This document shows positions 51,601 through 64,000 of a DNA stretch of 64,000 nt, one piece after another (the stretch's first letter is position 1; each line of letters opens with the position of its first letter). The notes below the pieces were generated by a model. It was not told where the DNA came from. It did not search any database and was given only the letters and a program-made list of their open reading frames with translations. The stretch is from Lama glama (taxonomy: Eukaryota): NCBI GenBank assembly GCA_028534125.1, contig CM052832.1, positions 11,348,001 through 11,412,000 of the forward strand. Direction: 5' to 3'. A program made the translations under genes and the position numbers.

Positions 51601-53414
51601 TATGTTAAAGATACAAAAGTGAAATGTTTGCTAACTCGTAACATTTTCTGTAAGTTACCTTCAAGTCACTCAGCAAACGTAGTAATAATTATGATAAAAT
51701 TAAATGCTATCTATTGAGCATTTGCCAATAGGCATTCCATTCCATTTTTTATGTACATAGTCTAATAAAAACTCCACAGTAACTTCATGAGGCAGATAAA
51801 TTCAGCTAGCAAGATGAGATGCAGAGTTGGAATCAGAGTCCTGTTTTGTCTGTCTCCAGGGCAGCTCTTTTGTGGCCCTTGAGCCAAAAAGATGTGAGGT
51901 TTACAGTGATGACTTAAACCTGAATCCTACTTCTAGGAGTTTAGGGGGACAAAATGCAAGCAGTATTCTAGAATTAGCTAGAGTTTTCTGTATTGTTCAT
52001 CATCAGAAACTAAGCCCATCATTCTGGGCTTTTTTCACTGTTGTTCGTCCACTTTATCTATGCCATGTAGAAATGGTCTCATCTGGAAGGTCTGCTAAGA
52101 GACAAGGAGAGAACGTACATGTTTCCCTTCATAGGAAATTCGTCCCCCTTTCCATCCTAAGGAATTGGCTTCTGAAGTAAGACAGAGAACAGGGCCAGAA
52201 AGTAAATATCCACCCACTGCTGTTGGCTCGTTTTTGGTGTGATAGAAGTATATTAACCAGTGCTTGTTTTACTATGAGACAGTTTATGTAGAAGTGACCA
52301 CAGCTGATAAAACTCAAGAGTTCATGCCAATAATTAAATTCCTTACAGTTCAAGTAATCAGGGGGCCACTAACCTATGAGGTAACTATTAAGAAACCCAG
52401 GGACAGATCCTAATTATCCTTATTAACCACCATTTGAGTCAAATGACTAACTTTTCCAAAGGTCATTTCTTATTCTTCATTGTTATCAGCCAAAGAGGAA
52501 GAGTGGAAATGTATAGGATTTTTTGTTCAATTCAGTCAGCATCACTAATTTCACAGAAACTTGTTCTCACGTGGCTTCCATTGAACATGTCACACGACTA
52601 GAAGCTCAGACAGCTGGGGAGAAACCCTCATGCTGGACCTCGTAAACACAGGACATGACTCATTCTTCGGGGTCTCCCTGGGTGACCCTGCCGTGCCCAT
52701 GGCTTCCCCAGGCACCTCCCCATTGGCTGAGCAGATCCTTCTTCCTCTGCTGAGCTGGGCTTTGAACCTCCAGAGCATCATGTTTCCTCACTGGCTTAGG
52801 AAAACAAGGGTTGCACAATATCTGTTCCTAAAAAGTTACTTTGATGTTCACGTTTTGAGATTTCTTGGTGTTCTTTTCGTGAAAAATGCTTTATGACCTA
52901 AAGTCACTTTCATGAATGTTCTTTGTGGGTAATACATAGGTTTGTGATAACTTACTGTGTAGGTCTAGCTTTAGCTGTCTGTTCTCTTCTAGGGTAGGAT
53001 GTCTTCTGGTTCGACTTAGGTACCCTTCTTTCACGGTTCTGGTTCTGCCTTGTCTTCTAACTTGGGTGAGCTGGCCCTCTGCACCCACACTGGCTGTGCT
53101 TCCTGGCTCGAATGCTGATCCGTACTTTTGTTGTAAAGGCCACTTACCCGCTCAGTCATAAGTGCCCTCAGTCAGCCTTTGAAAATGCAGAGGCTTCCGA
53201 CTGCAATTACACAACCTCAGGGTGCATGCAGTAGGATTTTCATTGCTTTAGCTATTTCTATTCCTGTTTGCTCCAGCTCAGATCTGTACAGGGGCATTTT
53301 AGAAGGTCTGACTTGAATCAGAAAAGGCTCAGGCAATGACTTCTGCAAAATGACCCTAAAAAGTCTGCCCTCCTTAGAGACACGTAGGAAAGGCTGAATC
53401 CTCAGCCCACAGCA

Positions 53415-53730
53415 GGGCATTAAGCAAAATGAGGTGCTGGGTGCTGGGATGGCAGGGTGGGATTACAAAGATGAACGAGTGACAGATTCTGGCTTGAGAG
53501 GGCTTCAGTCTTGCAAGGGAGACAAGACAAGTACATGAATATCTATAAGGTAAAAAGTGATTCCTGACACAAGAGAAGTGCTGGGGTAACTGGAGGAGCA
53601 GAATTACTTTTGAGTGGGAGGACCAGGGACGACTTTTAGCAGACCTGTGTATTAAGACAGGATTTAGAAAAGCAAAGTTGGACAGGAAGAGCGTTTCGGA
53701 TGGAGGAGGGATCGGTTGGAGCAAAGCTAC
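53415..53730 (-). mobile_element. L2 fragment
   Basis: acaaagatgaacgagtgacagattctggcttg...cagtcttgcaagggagacaagac. Confidence 0.6.
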
Positions 53731-54151
53731 AGCCTGGTTTTCCTACTTAATAGATTTGTAAACAGACCCAAAGAAGTGATGTGACTTACAGAAGATTTCT
53801 ACTAAGTTGGATGTTTTCCTGCGAAAATGAGCCTTCACCAATTCTGGCTCCCGAAGGGCTCTAAATAGTTTTATAGCTCTCTGAATTTTTAGCTTTAAAA
53901 TAAATTGAAAATGTCGTGTATTATTATTATTAGTGGGGAATCATTTAGACGCTGTGGGCAATGCTTGCAGTACTCTTTATTCTCCCAGAAAAGAACAGTG
54001 GCATTGGGCCTCTCTTGTCTTTATTACCAGGGCTATTAACCAGCAGCAGTTGTCAATGCCCCTCCGTGTGCCTGGGACCATGCGCCCCGGTATTGTGCAC
54101 CCACAGGCCAGCTCGAAGCTGGAGTGCCTGCAGGCTCTCTGGTTGCCAGCT

Positions 54152-54250
54152 CAGGGTAGCCAGGTTTATCAAATAAAAATGCAGGACATCCAGTTAAATT
54201 TGAATTTCATAAAAGAATATTTTTTTAGTATGTGTTAGATGCAATATTTG
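54152..54250. mobile_element. MER53 (hAT MITE), one arm only
   Basis: CAGGGTAGCCAGGTTTATCAAATAAAAATGCAGGACATCCAGTTAAATTTGAATTTCA matches the MER53 terminal arm. Confidence 0.85.
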
Positions 54251-57200
54251 TAACTCTATTTCAGCTTGGTTTTATATGATCATGGTTCTTACTTTCATTT
54301 GCATAATTTCCATGAAGAGTTTGCCTTAAAAACAACTGATGGATATTTCTGTTTATTATCTTTTTTAAAATTGCCATTGAACACAGCCTCAAAGATTTTT
54401 AAAGATTGAGATCCCAGGGGACTTCAAGTGACTAGACTTGGACGTGTCTTCCTGGTCTTTAACTATCCAACACCTGGGTCACGGTAGGTAGTAAAAGGTT
54501 TGCTTTCTGAATACATGTAAGAATGAAAGGAGTTAGCACATTCTTGATTTTTATTCCTTGTCTTCATAGACTATCTCCTTATGCGGTGACAAATTTAAGC
54601 CCCAAATATAGTTCTTTTCTAAAATGTCTCAGTGGGTAAAGAATTAAGAAACAGCTTGTATGTAGTCAGTATTTACCAGTTAATTTACACCACCTGAATA
54701 GGAGAGGCCCACATAATCAGGCAATGTTTAAAAAAAAAAAAAGATTATCTGTTAACATGGTCCTGAATCCACATCTCTTGAATCCTAGTCATCCTTACCC
54801 CCACTTCTAATAAAGTCTAGCCGAGAAGCAATAACCTAAGCTTTGTAGATTAAATATCCCAGAAGGTCATTAATGGCTAATGCTCCCTCTCTTATTTTAT
54901 AAGAAATCAGATCTCTGAAATCATTCATGAGAAATAATTCACTACAGATGAGGTTTCTCCACTTCGGTACAAAGTGTTTTTGGTCCTGACACCACATTTT
55001 GAAGATATTAAAACCAAAACTAAAAGCATGATCTACAGCTTGTGTTAATTATCCTTGGGTCGTTTATGGAAGCATTTGAGTTCTTCAGACATAGTTATCT
55101 AACATGATTAAAAAGGCCTGTCTCCATCTCAGGGCTGTTTCTTTACTTTAATGATTATTTTATTCTCCTAAAGTTTAAGTGCTTTGGGTTCTAATAGACC
55201 AAATGAATGAATATCAAAACCAGATAACAGAATAAGAACCAGGCATGAATGGCAATTCCATTTATTGGTCTACGGTTGACACGTTGGATTCTTCTGGCCT
55301 AGACAGCTCTTTCATCAGAAGCCCAAGTACCTGATTCTAAATTAGAAAGTCTTGAGTGTGAAAGTATGAACATACTGTTTCATTCTTTTCGTTATTTCAT
55401 GCTTTCTCAATGTTAATGCCTTTGGTGCATTGGGTTTTGTGAGCTTCAGGGAATTCTTTTGAAAGAAGGAATGAGATCCTTCATCGCATCACACAGGAAT
55501 ATTTGTATTTCTCTCTTGCTTTCCCCCATAACCTTTTCACAGGAAAAGTTTGCATATACATGGAGCTGGATATTTTTAAAGACTTCCTGAAACAAATGTT
55601 TTTTCTAATTACAGTTTTATATGGTTTATACCACTTAAAGAAAACCCCCAGTGTGAAAATGTGCACTTCTGGAAGTAATAAATTACAGCAACGTCTAACA
55701 CCTGGTTCCTGATAGCTTGCTCAAAGGATAGATAAACAAATGCAGGAATAGCCACCAACCACTGTAATCAGCACCATAAAATAAGTAATTAGATCATATC
55801 AACAAATCAAACCCGTCTGGAAGCAATGGAGGAACAGCTTTGGGGCTTAACTTTGGATTTCATTTCAAGGACCTCTTAGTAAATAATGTGCATCTCTTTC
55901 CCATAGCATTATCCACAAGGAAAGTTAACTTGAGATGTTATAAATAGGTTCTAGAATTTTACCTATTTTTAAAATTTTTGCTTTGAGCATTGTAGGGGTT
56001 TTGTAATTTTTTATTTTATGGACAATTCATGTTCATTGTGGAAAAGTGATAATGGACAGATAAAGAAAAAGAAAAAAGATAGAAATTACTTGTAATTCCA
56101 CCACTCAAAGATAACAGTTGTTTTATTTGGTTGTAATCCTCCAAATTTTTCAATGAATACACATAAATATGTTATTTTAATGAAAATGAGCTCATGGCTT
56201 TTAAACTGTTTTTTAACCTATGTTTTTCACTTGATTATAATGTCTTCTTATATCAATATATATGTACATCTCCAACAGAAGTTCTTTCTGGTCCATGCAT
56301 AGATTTGGGGGGATTTATAAACCCTTCACCCCAAAAATATATACAAAATTTTGTGGGTTTTGTGTGTATATGTTCTTTTTCTGGAAAAAAAATGCATTGG
56401 GACTTTTATTGGATTTACTTTAACTTTAATTGATAATTTAGAATGAGATTACAGTCCTGCATCTTCTCACTCAAGATTATAATGATTCCCAGTGTGTCCT
56501 TGTCCTCTTTTATCCCTCTCTAAATTTGTGTTTTTCTTTATATTGGTCCTGCATCTTTGTTTTAACAATTTAATGGTCATTACCCTTTAAACATTTCATT
56601 TATTAAGGTTTCAATATTCCTTATTGTGATTTCTTTCACCTTAGGGTCTCTGTCTTTACCTTTTAAACCCATCTTCAATTTAATACAGAACTCAATGATA
56701 ATGTATGATTACATAAATTTGATTTAGATTTCATATTACATGAACAGATGTTTCCAAACAGCTGTAAACCATTTTCCATATGATAGAATAAAACAAATTA
56801 TTTGTTATCAAATGGGAACATACCCACAAGGATTTACTTTGTATTTTTACATATCAAAATCTTTTAAAATCCGTCTTTTAAAACTCTTACAAGTTTTCTA
56901 ATTAAAAAATATATATGTTCTGCATTTTCGTATACATACAGAGGCTTTTATTTAAAATTTTTGCTAAAGGAACCAGCTGAGAAATGTTTATCTCTAAACT
57001 TTAATGTTGTCTACAAATATAATTCCATATAAGACAGAATTACAGAAAGAGTTCAGAGAGTTGGAGCAAAGGGTAGATAAAGCTTTCACCACTCCTTCAA
57101 ATTAATGAACTGTCAGGAAAGCCTGTAGTTGGGAAACTAACCATGGAGATATATGGCTACAGTAGAGCCCAGTCCATTTCCAGCTAGCCCTGTTTCTCCA

Positions 57201-57254
57201 AATTTCTCAGTTAACTTTGTTCCATAGGTGCACTCTGGTTTTATTCAGCTGAGG

Positions 57255-57385
57255 TCTGTCTTCCTCTCTTCCTCCTTTCCACCCCATCCTCTCCTTTCCC
57301 CACCTTCCTGTCCTTTTCCCCCACCTGTCTCTACCCCCACCTCTCCTCCTCCTCTCTTCTCCCCTCCCCTCCTCTCCCACTTTCC
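57255..57385. repeat. Polypyrimidine/polypurine low-complexity tract
   Basis: About 130 bp almost entirely C/T on +. Confidence 0.9.
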
Positions 57386-57680
57386 AGACTTGCCTCTTTA
57401 CTGTCCCCAGTGTTCTCCTCAGAGGGGTTCTCCTGGTAGCTCCTCCATGTTCTCATCCAATTCGTCTTTTTTCCCAGTCCTTGCCCTATGAGTCTATTTC
57501 TCTACTGCACTCTTCTCTAAACTTAAGCCCAGTTTAGCTTCTCTGTCATGGCTCTTTCCATCTCTGCCATCATGAGAGGAAACATTTTCTACCTTGTTTC
57601 TCCTGTCATTGCCCCCTTCTTTTACATTTTCCTGCCCCCCCAAGCTGTTCTGCACCCTAACTATCTTCTCTGCCCCACCC

Positions 57681-58245
57681 TGTTACACCAAAATGGGGAG
57701 GGAAAAGACCCCAGTTCTTGTCTTACCCAAAAAAGAAGAATTCAGACGGGAGATGGAAGCATTGTGTAGTGAAAGATTTTAAGGGTTTTATTTAGCAAAG
57801 GGAAAGTACATCTCCAAGAACAGGATGTAGGCTGATCCAAGGGTGGATAGCAATGGTCTTTGTTTGCCCCTTCTCTTACACCCTCGCGTAGAGGTGGTCT
57901 CTTGATTGATTGACCACTCTTGTCCCTGGAGTGCTTAGTCATGCTTATCCCCTTTTGCACATGTCCTTACCCATGATACACACAGAAAAACCCGTGGGGA
58001 GGGGGAGGGGGAGGTGCAAAACCACAATGCTAATTATATTACAATGAGCGTTGGGTCATGTCCAGTTAGGTCTTTGTCATTACCGTGTAGTTGCAGCCAT
58101 CAGATTCTAACTGGTTTCTTGCTGGCACTCATTTAGAGGAAGTTAAGCCCCTTTATGCTGAAGGTGGACATACCCCCATTTTCTGAATCACCCTCCCTCT
58201 CCTCTGTTATCTGCCTGGTGCTCCCACTTATCTAACTACCCAATA
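57681..58245 (-). mobile_element. ERV1 (MER4-group-like) solo LTR, antisense to KIF6
   Basis: Starts TGTTAC; aagaagaattcag and tgctaattatattacaatgagc motifs; minus-strand AATAAA at 57787-57792; imperfect 4-bp TSD ACCC/ATCC. Confidence 0.75.
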
Positions 58246-59679
58246 ATCCTACCATACTACCATTCACTTTCCTGTAAGTCAATCTCTTATTTATTATGGA
58301 TTTATGGAGATAGTTGTTCATGTTTACATTCAGCACAAATAACATAGTGTTTGCCTGCAGCAAACGAGGGATTCAAAAGATACATTTAGAATTTAAAGGG
58401 GTGGTTATTAATACCTATGGATTGATTAATTTATTTTATTTTCATTCATTACTTACATTTGTTCTAAACCAATGAGCCTTTTTATGTCTACCAAAGTTAA
58501 AATGTTTGATCATATCAAGATATATATGCCATTAACAAATTGGATATATGAAAGTCTGGATTGACAAAAACAAAATTAATTTTTATAATTTTTCAAAAGT
58601 CTTTGTCATTGCATTTTAAAATAATTTTTAATATCTTTAAAGTTGTTTTTAGTTTATTTTAAAATTTTTTAAAATAGTTTTTTAGAATTCCATAAACTGA
58701 AGTACATGGCCATGAGTGTATTTTCCTATAAATAGGCTGTATCTTCACTGTTCAAGAGGCAACCCAGGCTGAATGTTGATTTATATTTTTTTGCACTTGC
58801 TATTGCAGAACATTGTAAGTATCAAGCAGTTGTGCAACTCTGCATTTGAGGTGCAATATAACTACTTTTGTGGAGGTAAAGGGAATATGTATTACTAAGA
58901 TAAATCTTGAAAGTAAGCTCTGCATAGGAATTTCCTCTGTATCACCCAAACCGTGAACTTTCTGGCCCCTTACTGTTATTAAAAAGAGCTCATTCCAACA
59001 AAGTGGCTGACTTTGAACTCAATTTCTTGTGCAAGAGGGTCCATGTCTTTCACTTACTGGTTAAAGCTAGGGGAACGTATAATGTATATAATACTTGTGA
59101 TAGACCAGAGAATTCTAAAAGAAAACCCTTGAAATAACCACCTTTAAGCCAGTTGGGAATAGTTCTTTCAGCAGAATCTAACAAAAAACAAACATGAAAC
59201 TAATGACCCTGAAAAATATTTGTATAGTTTCCTTTGGTTGTAGTCCTGTTGGCACAATCTCAGCCTTCAGTTTTTCATGTCCTGTGGATTGTAGTTAATC
59301 ATAAATTGTGAATTTATTGTTTTTACCTGAATTTTCCTTTTATAAATTATATGCTTTTCAAACACTGTATGTTTTAAAGGGTCATACCTCTTAAAAGAAG
59401 CTTGTCATGTTAGCAAAGTCAAAATAAGGCTTTCCTTTGCCCCCCATCTTTGGGTCTCGAGAACTCCTATTGTTGCATCCTGTTAAAAATTTTTTTCTTT
59501 AAAATGCAAGACACAAATTTTATGTGATGATCTCGTTGCCCTTGTTTGCTGCATCTTTTCTTATTTCTTAAAAGTCTGTAGAAAAGTTCCAAATTGAAAA
59601 TACAATTTTAGTATATTAGGGTTGTAACAAGTGGAAGATATTTTTTTTGAGTTTGATTGAGAGGCTTTATGATACATGT

Positions 59680-59900
59680 GGGAAAAGGAGGGTTCCTGAT
59701 GCAGAAGACCTGTTTTTAAATCCTAGTGTTTCAATTTCCTAAATTGGTAACAATATGTAAGTCACTTAGTTTCTATGAGCGTTCCTGTCCTCATCTATGA
59801 AAAAGGGAAGATAATTTTTAGGTTTATGGTTCAGATAAATAACAAAATACATGTGAGAGTGCCTGATGCATAATGGATGTTCAGTAAAAGTAATAATAAA
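59680..59900 (+). mobile_element. MIR
   Basis: aagtcacttagtttctatgagcgttcctgtcctcatctatgaaaaaggg...gtgcctgatgcataatggatgttcagtaaa. Confidence 0.75.
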
Positions 59901-60135
59901 ATAATTAAGGGAAGGCAGTTATAAAGAGAACCGGACTGTGATATTCTCTTTCTTCTTTTCCCACTTAAATGAGAAAGCACATAAGGTCACTAGCTCCTCA
60001 GTGGCCAGGACATAGTTGACCATTAATTGTTACCCTTTCATTTAACGTTTCAAGTTACTTCTTTGTTTGGTTCCCAGGGCTGAAAAGATGTGTATATATT
60101 CTTGACTCAGCATTCAACAGCAGATTGCCTTGTTG

Positions 60136-60295
60136 TAATGGTTCTTAAACATTAGCATATACACGCATGACCCAGGAGTGTTGTTTAAATGCAGACGCAG
60201 CAGGTCTGGGATGGAGCTTGTCATCTGCATTTCTAAAAGGCTCCCAGGTAATGCCTATGAGGTTGTCCGACTAGTCACATTTTGAATAGCAAGGC
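60136..60295. mobile_element. MER5A hAT-Charlie MITE
   Basis: tggttcttaaac...caggtctgggatggagc...atctgcatttctaaaaggctcccaggtaatgc...cacattttgaatagc. Confidence 0.85.
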
Positions 60296-62384
60296 ATTAA
60301 TTAGCTGGACAATAAATGCCCTCTCTTTGTTCCTTGTATTACCTTATTTCACAGAGTTTAAAGAGTTTAGAGATGATATTATCTCGCATATTTTACAGAT
60401 GAGAAATTTGTGACCCACAGAGCTTGATGAATAAGTTAATAGTTGAGACCATTCAACCTAATTGTTCAGCCACATTTTTTTATCAGCAATGATCAATATT
60501 TTGTAATTGTGCAATTATTCTCCCATTCTTCCTATTTAGTTACATTCCTAGAAGTTAAGAGTTATCAAGTTTCCTCTTATCTGTATCATTGTTTTCCAGC
60601 TTTTTTTTTTTTTTTGGAGATATTTGCTCATGTTAATATGTAACTGTAGTTTGTCAGCAGCCCCATTGCTTAACCCTGTCAGAGACAACCCGTCCTTGAT
60701 GGTGCCATCTTTAGTGGCAAAATAATTGGTAGCGGTCAGGCAGATTTTGATATAATGAATAACACTTAGGTTCTTTGTTCAGAACTCCTTTCTAGCTCTT
60801 CAGAATGAGTCACCTGTTCCTCTCTCAGAATCAGTGAGAGGCCAGATGAGCTAAGAACCGTCAGCTCAGGGATATCAGGTTCCACCACAAAACAGCCCTG
60901 ACCCACAACTGGCATATTTTTTATCCACCTCACTCTTTCCAGCTCAATATCAGAGAACAAGGTCCCGTTGCTTGGTACTCCCTAGCCTTGTTTTTAGTAA
61001 ATGCCCTGGAGTACTGCTGTGCTGTAAGACACTTCTGTTATCTTTGTCCCCCCACTACTCCCTGGGGCATACCTCCCACAGTGGTCCCAGTGGCTTAGAA
61101 CAAGCCAGGGTGTCCATGCCCCAGTGTAGTATGCTCCTCCTACTGATTCCCTGTCCTTCTTCTCTCCCAGCTTTCCCACAGCCAGTGCCATGGGTTGCTG
61201 GAGACATCCCCCAGTCACCACCTCCAGCCAGGTTATGTTATCTACCGTCTTTCCTGTCCATATGATCTGAATGGCATACATTTATTTTTACTTCTCCAGT
61301 AGGAGTCTTTTCCTTCTTTTCTTCTAGTGAATGTAGAGAATAAGTAGTTTCTTGTTTACTTGGGCTTTTCCTAAGAACAGACTTTATCATGCTTACTTGA
61401 CCTCCTTAGAGAGTCTTTTCTGCAAACAGTTCTTCACTAGCCAGCAGGGTTCTGGCAGCTGGGAGACGCCTCTGTGGGAGCAGTGTCTAGGTATGAACTT
61501 GGGAACTATTTTAGGCGATAGGAAAATTCAGGGAATTTAGGGTCAGTCGTTCACTCTTAACTATGAGAGGAGTACATTGGAAGCATCTGAATTAGGCATT
61601 TTTCTGCATTTTAATTATTAGCCCAAGTCCTTGGTTGATAAGAAAATAAATTCAACAATAAATCATTTAATGTATGGAGGAAGGACCAGGCATTTCTTCT
61701 GTTATCTAAAGAGGCTCTGTTTCTCAAGCACCTAAGGAAAAATGGCACATGAAAAGGCCTGGTCTTCATTCTTACTTTTATACCACACTAATCGAGTCTC
61801 GGAGGGTTAAAGCAATCCAGTTCTTCATTTAAGCAGAAGTTCCTCGCCATTTCTTTGGATCATGTACATGGTCCTCCTTGTGTCCTATACTGTTATTGTG
61901 CAGGATGACAGTCTTGATGAAACGGCCAAAGCCCAGTGAGACTGAGTGATCTGAGAGGTCACCCAGCTAATCAGCAGGCTTGTACCTTACAATGCTTTCT
62001 TGTGAATGAGGAGTCCACTTCAGCCCTCCTTCATGTAATACTTCCCAGAATATATACTTTATGATAAAACTATACAAAAGAAATTATCTTCTAAAGGAAA
62101 AGGAAGACAGAGGAATTGATTAACCATTGTTTCTAACTTAATATTGTCTGTTTGAAATTTTTTGGACACTGGAAATCAAAAAGTGCTCTTACTCCAGAGA
62201 ATGGATATATCCTTGTTGAAGCAGTGGTGATTTTTCAAAATTCCAGAATGTCTGCTAAGTATTCAGGGGAAGTACAAGCAGATAAACATGAATATTTTTG
62301 AAGCCTCATTAAGTAGCAGTTGTAGAGCCAAGCCTCCTCATGGGTTACAGAGGAAAACACCAGCTATGAGTATGTTGTCTCAGT

Positions 62385-63170
62385 GTCCATCAGGAGAGGT
62401 TTAGTACACCCACACTATGGAATATTATACAGTCATCAAAAATGAAATTGTTCTGTTATATATGTATTGGCATGAAAGATTTTTTTGTGATAAATTGTTT
62501 TGAAAAATAATAGTACAGAAGTCTCTTCAGAGTATGATCTCTCTCATTTTTGTATAAGCAAAATCTACAAATGCACATAAGAATATAGGTATCTGCTTCG
62601 TTAAAAGCTAGAGGAACATATCAACAGTGGATTCCCCAAAGTGCTGAGAGTGAATAAAGCAGATGAGAATGGTGGCAGGAGAAGGAGAAGAGAGGAGGGT
62701 TTACTTTTTAATTTAGTCACATCTGTATTGTTTGGAATTCTTTTCATAAGCGTGTATTGTATAATATTTTATGTAAAATCATTTAAAAATCTTTGTATCA
62801 GAAACTTATTTCTCTGTGTGTCAAAGAAACATTAGGTCATTCAGCAAACAGTGCAAGTAAGTATCCCTCCACCTGAAGAAGCTCCTTAAAAATGACAATA
62901 TAAATTGTCTCATACATCTGTCACCTGTCACAGATTAGAGGAAGAGATAAAAGTAAAGTCTAAAGCTGCTATATGGAGGAAATCATTACATCTTATTTGA
63001 GTGGGCTAATAGTAATAGTGGAGGGGAAATGTGTACAGTCTAAAATGATGCTGAAAGTGTGCAGATATTTTGATAACAATGTGAGAAATATACACTGCTG
63101 TTGTATCATGATATTTAGCATCGTAGATACTCGTGGCCACCCCTTTCTAATCAAGAGTCTCATCTCAACA
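62385..63170 (+). mobile_element. Old L1 (L1MC/ME-like) 3' fragments
   Basis: ccacactatggaatattatacagtcatcaaaaatgaa and related 3'UTR motifs. Confidence 0.6.
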
Positions 63171-63199
63171 TACACGGAATAATTTCCATTGATTCTCTA

Positions 63200-63500
63200 T
63201 TGATGCTCTAGATACAGGGTCGGGGAGAGGGACCACAAAGATGAATAAGAGCAAAAAGCTGCCTCATGCTGCTGGGGGAGCTAATGGGGGAGCTAAGGTG
63301 GTGTGCAGACTCTAGAACACAGTGTGGACAGTGTAAGCACACATGATGCTACAAAATGAACCAGGACTTCAGAATGGAGGAGCCGGATGTTCCCTCCAAA
63401 GGGAGGTGTTTGTTTTCTATTTTTCTTAGTTTGGGAATAGGAAAAACATGAAAATAATTGTAAGCAGAAGGGAAAGAGTATGGAGAGGTGATAAAAAGGT
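63200..63500 (-). mobile_element. L2 fragment
   Basis: acaaagatgaataagagcaaaaagctgcctcatg. Confidence 0.5.
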
Positions 63501-64000
63501 AATTAATCAGGTAACTCTAGTAGGAGCCTGAAGAGAGCCTGGGGAAGAGGTTGGGCAGTGAGAAGGAGGAAGCATATTATCCAAAATACTTGAAACAAAA
63601 AAGGCCTGAGTGGTGAGACAGAGACACTGTGAGGTGAAGGGAAAGGAAAACACAGGAGCCCCCTCATAGCAGCCTTGATCTTCTCCGTCTGGTGAGAAGC
63701 TGCATCACTGATGGAGAGGGAAAGAGCAGTGGTAGGCTGGGGGGCTGTAGAAGGATTGCAACAGCCGCTGGGAAGAGTCTATGTCATCCAGGAATGAGTA
63801 AACGGATTTAGAGCATCACTGAGGTCCTGGCTTAGGTTGAGTAGCATGAATTTTTAATGAAACTAGTAAAAAAAAATTTTTTTTCATTACATTCTCTAGC
63901 AATGGTGCAGCTAGGCACGGGGGCATTGAAAGTCAGCTTGACTAGAATGCATTTTTGTAGAAGTCAAGTATTTGGAAGTTGCATATGAAAATTTATTGGA

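Larger units (their letters stand above)
1..64000 (+). other. KIF6: Internal part of the KIF6 gene body (five exons plus flanking introns; both ends of the gene lie outside the window)
   Basis: Five exons in order on + join in frame. The first starts mid-codon and the last ends mid-codon, so the gene continues on both sides. Confidence 0.93.

Noticed and set aside
60700..60720. CTCF-like GGTGCCATCTTTAGTGGC
   Set aside because: It has two extra bases in the core relative to GTGCCATCTAGTGG, which breaks the zinc-finger register.
1..64000. A novel multi-gene system, CRISPR array or prokaryotic operon
   Set aside because: This is repeat-rich mammalian intron DNA. No spaced direct-repeat array is present, and the longest ORF in the track (164 aa) lies in an L1 remnant.
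1..64000. The many 60-160 aa ORFs in the track as genes
   Set aside because: Apart from the three overlapping KIF6 exons on +, they are low-complexity, repeat-derived or chance ORFs with no recognisable domain.
33086..64000. The next KIF6 exon (expected to encode roughly LEKLITSFLEDQD...)
   Set aside because: No match found by eye. The candidate ttcccag|ggctgaaaag near 60077 does not continue in a KIF6-like frame, so the exon probably lies beyond the window.
1378..64000. Endogenous AAV-like element, which I recall being reported in a KIF6 intron of vesper bats
   Set aside because: No Rep- or Cap-like peptide appears in the ORF track, and the SINE content points to a camelid rather than a bat. 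A tBLASTn search with AAV Rep/Cap would settle it.

Overview
Mammalian genomic DNA, most likely a camelid judging from one camelid-type tRNA-derived SINE and the absence of recognisable Alu, B1, Bov-A or PRE1 SINEs. The window lies within the KIF6 (kinesin-9 family) gene on the + strand. Five coding exons with GT-AG boundaries (1248-1377, 18211-18417, 25920-26063, 26990-27076, 32982-33085) splice into one open frame. They encode switch I, switch II, the HIPYR/DSLGG microtubule-binding region, helix a6, the neck linker and the start of the coiled coil; from memory these correspond to human exons 6-10. Two of them (26990-27076, 32982-33085) are absent from the ORF track. No further exon was found after 33085. 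The rest is intron, filled with old L1, L2, L3/CR1, MIR, MaLR/ERV1 LTR and hAT remnants whose subfamilies and edges were assigned by eye and are approximate. I found no evidence for a new multi-gene system. The best leads are two RFX X-box motifs in a motile-cilia gene, an L1 with an unusually long target-site duplication, a possible motor-only intronic-polyadenylation isoform, a CpG-enriched patch at the coiled-coil exon and a two-state hairpin in a short intron.
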